Of a stretch of 64,000 nt of DNA, positions 22,001 to 31,464 are shown in pieces. The position numbers and the translations under genes were made by a program. How positions within the stretch are numbered: position 1 is the first letter of the stretch; the number at the start of each line of letters is the position of its first letter. This DNA is from an uncultured Gemmatimonadaceae bacterium (GTDB taxonomy: Bacteria > Gemmatimonadota > Gemmatimonadetes > Gemmatimonadales > Gemmatimonadaceae), in NCBI GenBank assembly GCA_963781585.1, contig CAWAGQ010000005.1, positions 192,001 through 256,000 of the forward strand, read 5' to 3'. Below the pieces are notes generated by a model, which was given only the letters and a program-made list of their open reading frames with translations, did no database searches and was not told the origin of the DNA.

Positions 22001-22462
22001 ATGCGCCGTTTCGCTCTCCTCACTTCTGCCGCGCTTCTCGTAGCCTGCGCGAAGTCGGAGCAGCAGCCCGCTGCCGATTCCGGCATGGCGGCCGCGATGA
22101 TGCCGGCATCGATTTCCGTCGCTGACGTCGCCGGTACCTGGGACGTGAAGGGACTCAATGAAGCGGGCGACAGCACGCTCGCGACGTACGTCCTGACGGC
22201 CACCGCTGACACAACGTCGTGGATGGCGAAATTCCCCGATCGCGACGCGATCCCGGTGAAGATCATGTCCGTGAGCGGGGACAGCATCGTCACGTCGATG
22301 GGACCGTACGAGAGCGTACTCCGCAAGGGTGTGATGGTCACCACGAATGCCGTGATGCGGCTGCAGGATGGGAAGCTGGTGGGAACCTTCGATGCGCACT
22401 ACACCACCACCGGCCCCGATTCCGTGCTCCACGGGAAGGTTGACGCGACAAAGCAACCCTGA
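22001..22462 (+). CDS. Hypothetical lipoprotein
   Basis: AGGAG RBS; MRRFALLTSAALLVAC lipobox. Confidence 0.85.
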   Translation: MRRFALLTSAALLVACAKSEQQPAADSGMAAAMMPASISVADVAGTWDVKGLNEAGDSTLATYVLTATADTTSWMAKFPDRDAIPVKIMSVSGDSIVTSMGPYESVLRKGVMVTTNAVMRLQDGKLVGTFDAHYTTTGPDSVLHGKVDATKQP

Positions 22463-22507
22463 CGAGTGACAGGGGCCGGCGAACACCGGTCCTGATCGCG
22501 GTGACCC

Positions 22508-22534
22508 CGGGGAGCGAGTCAGACTCGCTCCCCG
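22508..22534. terminator. Perfect 13-bp inverted repeat, probable terminator between convergent units
   Basis: CGGGGAGCGAGTC-A-GACTCGCTCCCCG followed by TTCG. Confidence 0.65.
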
Positions 22535-22548
22535 TTCGCGTTGGCGGG

Positions 22549-22682
22549 TCAGTGCCGCAGCGCCACCAGCGGATCGACCCGCATCGCGCGACGCGCGGGC
22601 ACCCAGCTCGCTACCAGCGACACGACGAGCTGTGCCGCGTCAGGTTGCGCCACCCACTGGCAAGACGTGCGAACAGCGGCAC
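22549..22682 (-). pseudogene. Remnant of an ADOP/MacB-FtsX-type ABC permease (N- and C-termini only)
   Basis: GTG-PLFARLASGWRNLTRH is joined out of frame to LVVSLVASWVPARRAMRVDPLVALRH*, the signature C-terminus of this family. Confidence 0.75.
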
Positions 22683-22732
22683 GCGCCGACTTCCTACAGG
22701 CACGTTCGTATAGAATGTCATGAGCCAGCCAT

Positions 22733-22802
22733 TGGCCTGTGAGCTATGGCCTGTGAGCTATGGTCCATGGCCTGTGGTCTTTGACCTATGGCCCATGGCC
22801 TT
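22733..22802 (+). repeat. Heptamer tandem array (10 units)
   Basis: TGGCCTG TGAGCTA TGGCCTG TGAGCTA TGGTCCA TGGCCTG TGGTCTT TGACCTA TGGCCCA TGGCCTT. Confidence 0.9.
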
Positions 22803-22859
22803 CTCCCTATAGCTTGTCATGGGTACCCGAGCCTGCCGCACCGAACCTGCTGCACCGCC

Positions 22860-23993
22860 ATGCCGACATTTCCGTCCGTTCGTCTCGCCCATGGCCGCGT
22901 CGTCGCGGCCATCGCCGTTTTCGTTACCACTGCCTGCACCGGAAACACGAACGACCGCGCGGGGGCAGTCTCCGATTATCGCGGCGTCGCCCTGAGCGCC
23001 CCGCTCAGCAAACCGTCCTTTACGCTCACCGACTTCAACGGGCATCCGTACGACTTCGTGCGCGAAACTCAGGGCAAGGTGGCGCTGCTGTTCTTTGGCT
23101 ACACCCACTGCCCCGACGTCTGCCCACTGCATATGGCGAACATCGCGGCCGTGATGAAGCAGATGCCCTGGGAGGAGCGCGGAGTCATCCAGTTGGTCTT
23201 CGTGACCACCGATCCGGACCGCGACACGCCACAGCGCCTCAAGGAATGGCTCGGGAACTTCGATCCGTCGTTTGTGGGACTCACCGGCACGAAGGACGAG
23301 CTCAGGAAGGTGCAGCTGATGCTTGGCGTCGCCCCCGCGCAGCGTGAGGACGCCCCCGGCGACAGCGCCGACTACTTCGTGGGACACGCGGCGCAGGTGT
23401 TCGCTTTCGCGCGCGATGGATACGGCTACCTGGAGTATCCCTTCGGCATCCGCCAGGAGGATTGGGCGAACGACCTCCCGAAGCTGGCACGCGACTCGAC
23501 GGGCGCAACCATCCGCCGGGAGCTGGCGGCGGCCGCCCGTGCGAACCGGGTCGCCGTGGCACCTCCACCCGGAGTGGCGCCCGAGGTGAAGATGGGCGGC
23601 ATGGTCGTGACCCAGGCGGTGATTCCCGAACCGGCGGCCCAGAGCGAAGCGGCGCTCTACCTCACCATCAGGAACGACACGCCCCAGGAGGACACGCTCG
23701 TCGCCGTGGCCACCGAGGTGGCGATGCGTGCCGAACTGCACGAGTCGATGCAGACCGGGTCCATGGAGAAGATGGTGCCGCTCACCATGATTCCCATTCC
23801 GGCCCACACCGAAACGCGGTTGGTACCCGGTGCGCGCCATGTGATGCTGATGTCGCTGCGCCAGAAGCTCGCTGCCGGCGACTCGGCCACGCTGTATCTG
23901 TCCTTTGCGCGCGCCGGTTCCGTGGAGGCGCGCGCCCACGTCGTGAAATACGCCGACCTGGAAGCCGCGCTGGCCGAGCATCGCCCCCGCTGA
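22860..23993 (+). CDS. Sco1/SenC domain fused to a PCu(A)C copper-chaperone domain, lipoprotein
   Basis: Lipobox TTAC; FGYTHCPDVCP plus a downstream His (Sco). ELHESM…M…LVPGARHVMLM (PCuAC). Confidence 0.9.
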   Translation: MPTFPSVRLAHGRVVAAIAVFVTTACTGNTNDRAGAVSDYRGVALSAPLSKPSFTLTDFNGHPYDFVRETQGKVALLFFGYTHCPDVCPLHMANIAAVMKQMPWEERGVIQLVFVTTDPDRDTPQRLKEWLGNFDPSFVGLTGTKDELRKVQLMLGVAPAQREDAPGDSADYFVGHAAQVFAFARDGYGYLEYPFGIRQEDWANDLPKLARDSTGATIRRELAAAARANRVAVAPPPGVAPEVKMGGMVVTQAVIPEPAAQSEAALYLTIRNDTPQEDTLVAVATEVAMRAELHESMQTGSMEKMVPLTMIPIPAHTETRLVPGARHVMLMSLRQKLAAGDSATLYLSFARAGSVEARAHVVKYADLEAALAEHRPR

Positions 23994-24793
23994 TGCAGTG
24001 GTGGTGCAGCGCGTCCAACCTGCCGTGGTCGTGGACCTGGCGTCCCTACCCGGGCGTCTGGCTGTTCATCGGGCTCGTCTTCATCCTCGTCTGGTTGTGG
24101 AACAGGACCGCCGCAGACCGATCGGGACAGCGCCCGCCGCCCTTGCACCCCTTCTTCCTGCTCGGACTGGTGCTGCTCTGGATCGCGCTCGACTGGCCAC
24201 TCGGCACGTTAGGCGCGGGCTATCTCGCCAGTGCGCACATGCTGCAGTTCCTGCTCATGTGTCTGGTCGCGCCGCCGCTGCTCCTGCGCGGCCTCTCCCA
24301 CGATGCCCTCGCGATCCTCGACCGGGAATCCCGCTTCGCGAGGGCGTTCTGCCGCCTGACAGCGCCCGGTCGTTCGTTGATCCTGTTCAATGCGGTGGTG
24401 CTCGTGACCCACCTGCCACCGGTCGTCGACACCCTGATGCGGACCCAGTTCGGCTCGCTCGCCATCGACCTCGTCTGGATCGCCGCCGGGCTGCTCTTCT
24501 GGTGGCCGGTCATTCTCGATTCGCCGGCCCACCCGCGGTTCTCGCCGCCGCTCAAGATCGGCTATCTGGTCGTCGGCATGATGTTCAGCCCCATCATGTT
24601 CGGTCTGGTCGGCTTCCTCGTCTACAGCGACCACCCGCTGTACGGCATCTTCGAGCTGGCGCCTCCGTTCCCCGGCATCACCTCGCACGATGATCATCAG
24701 CTCGCCGGGGTCATGATGAGCGTGGGCGGCGCCGTGATCGCGTTCACCGCCATCAGCGTGATCTTCTTCAAGTGGAGCAAGGCCGAGGCGTAG
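23993..24793 (+). CDS. ctaG: Cytochrome c oxidase assembly factor, caa3-type CtaG family
   Basis: TGATG coupling with the Sco gene; ALDWPL…SAHMLQFLL…APPLLL, FWWPVI and DHQLAGVMM motifs. Confidence 0.85.
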   Translation: MQWWCSASNLPWSWTWRPYPGVWLFIGLVFILVWLWNRTAADRSGQRPPPLHPFFLLGLVLLWIALDWPLGTLGAGYLASAHMLQFLLMCLVAPPLLLRGLSHDALAILDRESRFARAFCRLTAPGRSLILFNAVVLVTHLPPVVDTLMRTQFGSLAIDLVWIAAGLLFWWPVILDSPAHPRFSPPLKIGYLVVGMMFSPIMFGLVGFLVYSDHPLYGIFELAPPFPGITSHDDHQLAGVMMSVGGAVIAFTAISVIFFKWSKAEA

Positions 24794-24797
24794 CCGG

Positions 24798-26423
24798 TCA
24801 GCGCTCCTTCCCCGTCCGCCATTGCTCGAGCGCCTTCACCCGGGATTCGAGCGCGGCAAGGCGGTGCCCGGTCACCTGTACCGGCGCCGCGGGCGTGGCG
24901 CCCGCAACCGCTCGCCCCGTCCCGCCGTGTGCGCTTCCCACTCCGCGCGCCGACACCCGGATGAACGCCCGGCCGATCGGCCCCAGCCACACCAGCCGGA
25001 ACAGGCGCTCGCCGATCGGCATGCGGAACGGACCGCGTACCAGGAGCAGGAAGCTGACGCCAAGGAGGCTCAGTCCCGACGCCGCCATCACGAAGCGACC
25101 TAACGACGCCCCCCCCACCGCTCCCGGATCGCCGCTCCGGTTGACGCTGGCGCCCGTGCCCAGCGAGATCCGCACGTTCAGTGAGGCCCGGATGAGCACG
25201 AATGCCACCGGGAGCAACAGCACCGCGATCACGACCGTTCTGCGCCGCCGGCGTCTGGTGTCGGGATCGGCCCGCAGCTGCTGCCGGAGATTCTCGCGTT
25301 CGTCGACCACGGCGTGCAGCCCCCTGGACACATCGGCGGGCCGAAACCCCAGCACCGCCAGCCGGCGGGCGGCAGACGACACCAGCAGCGCCCGGGTCAT
25401 GGCAATCACGAACAGAATGATCGTCGGAAGGAGGGCGTAGGTCGCTCCGACCTCCTTGCGAAGGGTCCGAAGGGTGAGCCAGCTGGTGAGCGCCAGAAAC
25501 ACCAGCACCAGGCCGAGCGTCCCCGCTTCCTGTGCGAACAGCCGGATGGGAACCGGGATCTCGGCCGCCGCCAGCTGGGCGACGTCGATCGCCTCGACCA
25601 GTGCCTCGGCCGAGGCGAACCGGTCGTCGGGCCTTTTCGCCACGCAGCGGTCGATCGCCTCGCCTAACGCTTCCGGGAGATCCGGTCGGAGCGTCCGCGC
25701 GGGGGGCGGCATCTCGGTGAGCTGCCTGACGAGAATCTGCTGCGTCGAGTCTCCGGTGATCGCCGGACGACCGGTGAGCGCGTACAGCGCCACCAGGCCG
25801 AGCGAATAGAGGTCGCTCCGCCCGTCCACCGTGTCTCCCGACGCCTGCTCCGGGCTCATGTACTCGGGCGTGCCGACCACTTCGCCCACCCGCGTCATCC
25901 CCTGCGTGCCGACCGGGGCGGTGATGGGCCGCGAGATGCCGAAGTCCATGAGTTGGGCACGGCCGGTGGCACGCTCGAGCATCACGTTGTCGGGCTTGAT
26001 GTCGCGATGCACCACACCCCGGCCGTTCGCGTACGCCAGCGCGTAGCCGATGTCCTGCAGCAGGCGCACGATCCCGCGCACGTCGAGGGGCCCGGCGCGC
26101 CGCATGCGCTCCGCCAGACTCTCCCCCTCCACGTACCCCATCGCGAATGCCAGCAGTCCGTCACGCTCCTCGACCGCGTGCACCGGAACGATGTTGGGAT
26201 GCGAGAACGACGCCGCCGTCCGCGTCTCCCGCAGGAAGCGCTCCCTCAGGGTGGCATCGCCCGCGAACTCGGGTGGAAGCACCTTCAGCGCGACCGGCCG
26301 ATCCAGCCGCAGGTCGCGGGCGAGATACACCGCGCCCATGCCGCCGCGACCGAGCTCGCGCTCGATCTCGTAGCGGTCGCCGAGTCGCCTGCGAATCTCG
26401 TCGAGGGAAGTCTGGTCGGTCAC
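24798..26423 (-). CDS. Hanks-type Ser/Thr protein kinase with C-terminal membrane helices
   Basis: LGRGGMGAVY, VALK, HRDIKPDN, DFG, GTPEYMSPEQ and SDLYSLG. Confidence 0.95.
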   Translation of the reverse strand: MTDQTSLDEIRRRLGDRYEIERELGRGGMGAVYLARDLRLDRPVALKVLPPEFAGDATLRERFLRETRTAASFSHPNIVPVHAVEERDGLLAFAMGYVEGESLAERMRRAGPLDVRGIVRLLQDIGYALAYANGRGVVHRDIKPDNVMLERATGRAQLMDFGISRPITAPVGTQGMTRVGEVVGTPEYMSPEQASGDTVDGRSDLYSLGLVALYALTGRPAITGDSTQQILVRQLTEMPPPARTLRPDLPEALGEAIDRCVAKRPDDRFASAEALVEAIDVAQLAAAEIPVPIRLFAQEAGTLGLVLVFLALTSWLTLRTLRKEVGATYALLPTIILFVIAMTRALLVSSAARRLAVLGFRPADVSRGLHAVVDERENLRQQLRADPDTRRRRRRTVVIAVLLLPVAFVLIRASLNVRISLGTGASVNRSGDPGAVGGASLGRFVMAASGLSLLGVSFLLLVRGPFRMPIGERLFRLVWLGPIGRAFIRVSARGVGSAHGGTGRAVAGATPAAPVQVTGHRLAALESRVKALEQWRTGKER

Positions 26424-26618
26424 CGGGCTGGGCTGCGCTCGCGGCGAAGATGCGGCCGGCGGCGGGCTTTCGCTATGTTTCCGCGCCGCGGACCGTCACC
26501 GGACAGCACGGGCCCCTGCTGACCCATTGCTGCTTCCGACTCCACAGATCCGGTGGGCTGCAAGCACTCGAAGCCGATGGGCACCGGCACGATTCTCGAG
26601 CACGGGTGAGGTACCACG

Positions 26619-27149
26619 ATGGCACGGATTGAACCGCTCCGCTGCGAGAGTGCACCGCCGGAGGCGCGCGCGGCGTGCGATGAGCACGAGCGACGCTATG
26701 GACGCATGACGAACATGAAGCGCACCCTGCTTCACTCGCTGCCTGCGTTTCATGCACTCATGGAATGGTATCCGCTTCGCGACACCGTGCGGCCATTCCT
26801 CGGCGAACGGGCCACAACCATCTTCGCGCACGCCATTTCCACCGAGGTGGACTGTCTCATCTGCTCCACCTTCTTCCGCCGAATCCTCATCGATGCCGGC
26901 GAGGATCCCGATGCGTTGATCTTCGACGACCGCGAGGAATTGCTCGTCGCCTTCGGCCGCCAGATGGCGAAGAACGCGAAAGGGGTGTCAGACGACCTCT
27001 ACGCCCGGCTGGCTTCGCGGTTCTCCCCGCAGGAGATCGTCGCCCTGACCGCGTTCGGCTGTATCATGCTCGCCACCAACCTGTTCAATGATGCGCTGCG
27101 CGTCGATCTCGATGGTTATCTGGAACCCTACCGGCGCACCGGAACCTGA
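26619..27149 (+). CDS. AhpD/carboxymuconolactone decarboxylase-like protein
   Basis: GAGG RBS; CLIC motif in the AhpD position; VSDDLYARL…FSPQEIVALT. Confidence 0.75.
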   Translation: MARIEPLRCESAPPEARAACDEHERRYGRMTNMKRTLLHSLPAFHALMEWYPLRDTVRPFLGERATTIFAHAISTEVDCLICSTFFRRILIDAGEDPDALIFDDREELLVAFGRQMAKNAKGVSDDLYARLASRFSPQEIVALTAFGCIMLATNLFNDALRVDLDGYLEPYRRTGT

Positions 27150-27196
27150 TTGATCGCGCCGCCATCTCACAGGACGGAATGCCAGGGAGTCACACG

Positions 27197-28000
27197 ATGG
27201 CAGAATTCACCGGACGAGTGGCCTTCATCACCGGCGCGGCCCACGGACAGGGTCGTGCGACGGCGCTCGCGCTCGCGGCCGCAGGGGCGCACATCGCCGC
27301 CTATGACGTCGCACGTCCGCTGGAGTATCCCGGGTATCCGCTCGCCTCGTCCGATGATCTCGCTTCCCTCGCGAGCGCGTGCGCGGAACTGGGCTCCACG
27401 TGCCTGACCTTCGCCGGTGACGTGCGTGACGATGCCGCGATCACCGCGGCGGTGTCGGCCACCGTCGATCGTCTGGGACGCATCGACATTCTGTTCAACA
27501 ACGCCGGAATCTGCGCGTACGGTCTCGCCCACGAGCTTTCCGAGGAAGCCTGGGACAGCATGATCGACATCAACCTCAAGGGAAGCTGGCTCGTTGCGCG
27601 GCGCGTGATTCCGGTGATGATCGCCCAGCGCGCGGGCGTGATCATCAACAACGCGTCGATCGCCAGCTTTCGCGGGATGAACCGGCTCAGCCACTATGCC
27701 GCGTCGAAGTGGGGGCTCACCGGCCTCACCAAATCGTGGGCCATCGAGCTCGCGCCGTACAACATCCGCGTCAACTCGGTGCACCCCACCGGCGTGAACA
27801 CCCCCATGAACGATGGACTCGCGATGCTCGAGGGAACCACGCCACGCGAAGTCGCCGAGCGATCGGCTGGCAACCTGTTGCCCGTACCATGGATCGAACC
27901 GGAAGACGTGGCCAATGCGGTGCTCTTTCTCGCCTCGGATCGCGCTCGCTATGTCACCGGTGCGCAGTTCGTCATCGACGCAGGTGTGCTCACGCGTTGA
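27197..28000 (+). CDS. SDR oxidoreductase resembling the mycofactocin-coupled/carveol dehydrogenase subfamily
   Basis: ITGAAHGQGRA, insertion DVARPLEYPGYPLASSDDL, NNAG, YAASK and VNSVHPTGVNTPM. Confidence 0.85.
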   Translation: MAEFTGRVAFITGAAHGQGRATALALAAAGAHIAAYDVARPLEYPGYPLASSDDLASLASACAELGSTCLTFAGDVRDDAAITAAVSATVDRLGRIDILFNNAGICAYGLAHELSEEAWDSMIDINLKGSWLVARRVIPVMIAQRAGVIINNASIASFRGMNRLSHYAASKWGLTGLTKSWAIELAPYNIRVNSVHPTGVNTPMNDGLAMLEGTTPREVAERSAGNLLPVPWIEPEDVANAVLFLASDRARYVTGAQFVIDAGVLTR

Positions 28001-28748
28001 TCGCGCTCCTGATCACCTCGTCAGCGTAGTCGATCCCCCGCGGGGTGCGCGATCCGTGCCAGGAAAGCAGCTCGCCGTCAACGATCCGGAACCGGTCGCG
28101 CCGAAGGCCAGTCATTGAAGCGAGTTCCTCCACGTGTCGCTCGGTGAAGGGAAAGGGCTCGGTGGACAGCAGCACCAGATCCGGATCGGCCCCCGCGATC
28201 TCGGACGGGTCCACCGTCGGATAGCGGTCATCGCGCGCCCCGAACGCGTTCACGCCGCCGGAAAGCTGAAGCAGCGAGCTCACGAACGTATCCGAGCTCA
28301 CCGACATCCAGGGCTTCCGCCAGATGAGATAGACGAACCGCGCGGGCGCCCGATCGCTGGCGGCGTCGCGCACGCGTTGGGCCCGGGTCTCGATGTCGTG
28401 CGCGATCACCTCGCCCGCGTCCGAGCGACCCACCGCGGCGGCGATCGATCGCACCATCGCTGCGGTCTCGGCCGGAGTGCGCGGCAGGGACGAGTGCACG
28501 TGAATTCCGGCGCGTTCCAGCGCTCGCGCATCCTCGACCCGATTCTCTTCCGCGTTCATGAACACCAGATCGGGTACCAGCTCGATGATACGTTCGATCT
28601 TCGGGTTCTTCGTTCCGCCCACTTTTTCAACCTGACCGACGCGATCGGCCGGATGAACGCAGAATTTCGTGCGCCCCACCACGTGGTCGCCGACGCCCAG
28701 GTCGAACAGGAGCTCGGTCAGGGAAGGACAGAGGGAAACGAGGCGCAT
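27990..28748 (-). CDS. Helical-backbone metal receptor (BtuF-like) protein
   Basis: RLVSLCPSLTELLFDLG, GRTKFCVHP, VGGTKNP and VDGELLSWHGSR. Confidence 0.88.
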   Translation of the reverse strand: MRLVSLCPSLTELLFDLGVGDHVVGRTKFCVHPADRVGQVEKVGGTKNPKIERIIELVPDLVFMNAEENRVEDARALERAGIHVHSSLPRTPAETAAMVRSIAAAVGRSDAGEVIAHDIETRAQRVRDAASDRAPARFVYLIWRKPWMSVSSDTFVSSLLQLSGGVNAFGARDDRYPTVDPSEIAGADPDLVLLSTEPFPFTERHVEELASMTGLRRDRFRIVDGELLSWHGSRTPRGIDYADEVIRSAINA

Positions 28749-28786
28749 CAGGGAGCGAGAGCAAGCCCGTGAGCGAGCGACACGAA

Positions 28787-29365
28787 CTACTTCAGCTTGA
28801 GCCGATCCAACTCCGCATTCACCACATCGGGATTGAACCGCACCTGCGGATGACGCTCAGCGACGCCCTCCAGTTCCGCAAGTTCTCCCCGGACAGTGCC
28901 CCCGGCATCCAAACCGTCGCCGCTGCGCCACTCCTCGTACGCCCAAGGACCTCCCACGTCGACCGGCGGCGTGCTTCCTTCACCGCTCACGCAGAGGGGC
29001 GTGCGTGCCGCATCGTCTGGTGGGAGCAGTCGCTCCAGCCGCACCATCAGGTGCCACACGTGACCGTTCCCATACTCGAATTCGAGCTCGGAACCCGCGT
29101 CCGGCAGTAGCTGGCGGAGTCGCACCTGGATCCCGAGCTCGCGCCACTCCCCGCGGGCTCCCTTCCCCTGATAGCGGAGCGCACCAACCGTGAACGCGTA
29201 CGGGCGCCCGGCGGTCCACCCCATCGCCACGGCGAACACCCGCGCGACCCGCTCGAGCGTGGCGCCCGACGACACCCGTAGACGCCGCCAAACTGCCGGC
29301 TCCACGTCGCTTAGCCTGATTGTCAGTTCGTGAATTCGGGGAGGCGATCGCCTGGTTGCGCGCAT
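28787..29365 (-). CDS. Plasmid pRiA4b ORF-3 family protein (divergent)
   Basis: LTIRLSDVEPAVWRRLRV, AMGW, PPVDVGGPWAY and FNPDVVNAEL. Confidence 0.75.
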   Translation of the reverse strand: MRATRRSPPRIHELTIRLSDVEPAVWRRLRVSSGATLERVARVFAVAMGWTAGRPYAFTVGALRYQGKGARGEWRELGIQVRLRQLLPDAGSELEFEYGNGHVWHLMVRLERLLPPDDAARTPLCVSGEGSTPPVDVGGPWAYEEWRSGDGLDAGGTVRGELAELEGVAERHPQVRFNPDVVNAELDRLKLK

Positions 29366-29534
29366 GCTGACTCCGATCCGTGGAGTGTCGTGGCACACCG
29401 CCCTGCCGATGGAGGCGCGGCCGCTGCCGTCCCGACGCAACGTTGAAGGTGAGGCATCGCGACCTGCCTCATCCTTGCACAGAATGCTCCAACACCTTTC
29501 CTACACATTACTGATAACGTACCCTCTGCATACG

Positions 29535-31313
29535 ATGTCTTCACGTCCGGTACGACATGGTCTCGTGGCGGTGCTGGGGATCGCGGTACTTGCTCCTCCG
29601 GCCGTACTGCCCGCCCAGGTGCTCGATGTTCGTCCGGTGGCGCCTCCGGCGACCGCCCCATCCCTGGGTGCGCTGCAGAACGCCCAGGAAGACTTCGAGT
29701 TCTACCGTCGGCAGCATCTCCCGTCATGGCACAGCTGGCGCGCACCGCAGAACACCTGTGACGTGCGAATCGGTCGATTCTGTTACTGGTACGATGAGTC
29801 CGAGCCTGATCCGCCGCCCGAACCTCGCTCCATCAGCGACGCGCGGACCCGCCTGATTCTCCGACTCGACTCGGCGGATCGCGCCTTCCCCAACGACCGG
29901 TGGATCTCGGGACAGCTCGTTCGCTATCTGACCGAGTCGGAGCGATTCGACGAAGCCGTGGCCGTGGCGCGCTCGTGCACCCTGCGGGAATGGTGGTGCA
30001 GCGCCCTGCAAGGTTTCGCCTTGCACGTCGCGGGACGCTACGCCGCTGCGGACACTGCATTCACGGTCGCCCTTGCTCGCATGGGATCGCGCGAGAGCTG
30101 CGACTTTCGCGACATGAAGCTTCTGCTCGACGACGCCATGCTCCGGCAGTACGGCGATTCGTCCTGCACCGCTCGCCTCGCGCTGGAGCGGCGCCTCTGG
30201 TGGCTCGCCAGGCCGATGCTGTCGTCGCCAGGGAACGACGCCCGCACGGAATACTACGCCCGCGAGATGATGGCCTTCTTCGTCACCGACGCACCGTCGA
30301 CGTATCAGTCGGACTACACGGATGACGAGCGGGAGATGCTGCTGCGCTATGGCTGGCCCACTGCCTGGAGCCGACGAGGGGATTCAGGAGGCGCCTGGGG
30401 ACCGATGCAGGTATCCGTTGTCGGACACGAGCCCATGCCGGCGCATCCCTACATTCCCGCGGAACGGGTGCTCGACAATCCCGCCGCGAGCGATTCCGAG
30501 GAATGGCGCAGCAAGGGCATTCCGCCGGTGCCGGCTCGCTACGCGCCGGCGTACGCCAGACGGCTTCTGCCCCTCAGACATCAGGAGGCCCTTTTCAGAC
30601 GCGGGGACTCGGCGCTGGTCGTCGTGGCGTGGTCCGTTGCCGCAGACTCGGCGCTCTCCGCGGCAGCCAGAATTCCGGGGCAGCTGAGTGCCTCCCTCGT
30701 CCTGACCAAAGGCGATCCCGCCGACGCCACCATCGTGCACGCCGAGCATCCGACTGATCGCGGTGTGCTCACCGCCACGACGGCGTGGGGATCCATGCTG
30801 ATGAGCACCGAGGTCGCCGCCACGACGCGAAAGACGCTGGCGCGGGCGCGCTACGGTGTCCGGGGAAGCGATCAGCTCAACTCGCGCGTGCAGATCTCCG
30901 ACCTGCTCCTCTTCGAGCCATATGATGGCATGCCGAACCGGCTCGACGATGCACTCCCGCACATGCTCTCATCCCGCCGCGTCCCCCAGGGCGGGCGCGT
31001 GGGCGTCTACTGGGAGGCCTACAACACCAGCCCGGCGGGTGAACAGATCGCGGTGTCCATCACCGTGGCTCCCCAGGACGCATCCGGCGGATGGCTCCGG
31101 CGTGGACTCATCGCCCTGCGCCTCGTCCGCGAGGCAAAGCCGGTCACGGTCGGCATTCAGGACGTGTCGGCCAGAGGCACGTCCCTGTCACCGCGATCGG
31201 TGGTGGTCGATCTCTCGACGCTGGGACCAGGCTCCTACCTCATGGAACTCGAGCTGGATGCCGGCGGTGGGAATGTCGTCCGGGCAGAGAAGGCCATCAC
31301 GGTGGAGAAGTAA
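29535..31313 (+). CDS. Large secreted hypothetical protein (helical N-terminus, beta-sandwich C-terminus; GWxTD-protein-like architecture)
   Basis: Signal peptide (LPA-Q), CDVRIGRFCYW, DEREMLLRYGWP and ISDLLLF…VGVYWEAYN. The family call is tentative. Confidence 0.6.
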   Translation: MSSRPVRHGLVAVLGIAVLAPPAVLPAQVLDVRPVAPPATAPSLGALQNAQEDFEFYRRQHLPSWHSWRAPQNTCDVRIGRFCYWYDESEPDPPPEPRSISDARTRLILRLDSADRAFPNDRWISGQLVRYLTESERFDEAVAVARSCTLREWWCSALQGFALHVAGRYAAADTAFTVALARMGSRESCDFRDMKLLLDDAMLRQYGDSSCTARLALERRLWWLARPMLSSPGNDARTEYYAREMMAFFVTDAPSTYQSDYTDDEREMLLRYGWPTAWSRRGDSGGAWGPMQVSVVGHEPMPAHPYIPAERVLDNPAASDSEEWRSKGIPPVPARYAPAYARRLLPLRHQEALFRRGDSALVVVAWSVAADSALSAAARIPGQLSASLVLTKGDPADATIVHAEHPTDRGVLTATTAWGSMLMSTEVAATTRKTLARARYGVRGSDQLNSRVQISDLLLFEPYDGMPNRLDDALPHMLSSRRVPQGGRVGVYWEAYNTSPAGEQIAVSITVAPQDASGGWLRRGLIALRLVREAKPVTVGIQDVSARGTSLSPRSVVVDLSTLGPGSYLMELELDAGGGNVVRAEKAITVEK

Positions 31314-31464
31314 AGCGGCCGAAGCCGATGCTCGGCGCGAGCGACTCGGATGCGGCCCGCGAGCGCACCGACCAGCAAATCGCTATGCTTTACGCGCTCG
31401 CGTCTGCTGTTCGTTGAGCTCGTGTGGTTCCTCCTGGCCCTCGGCCCTTCCCCCTTTCTCCACC

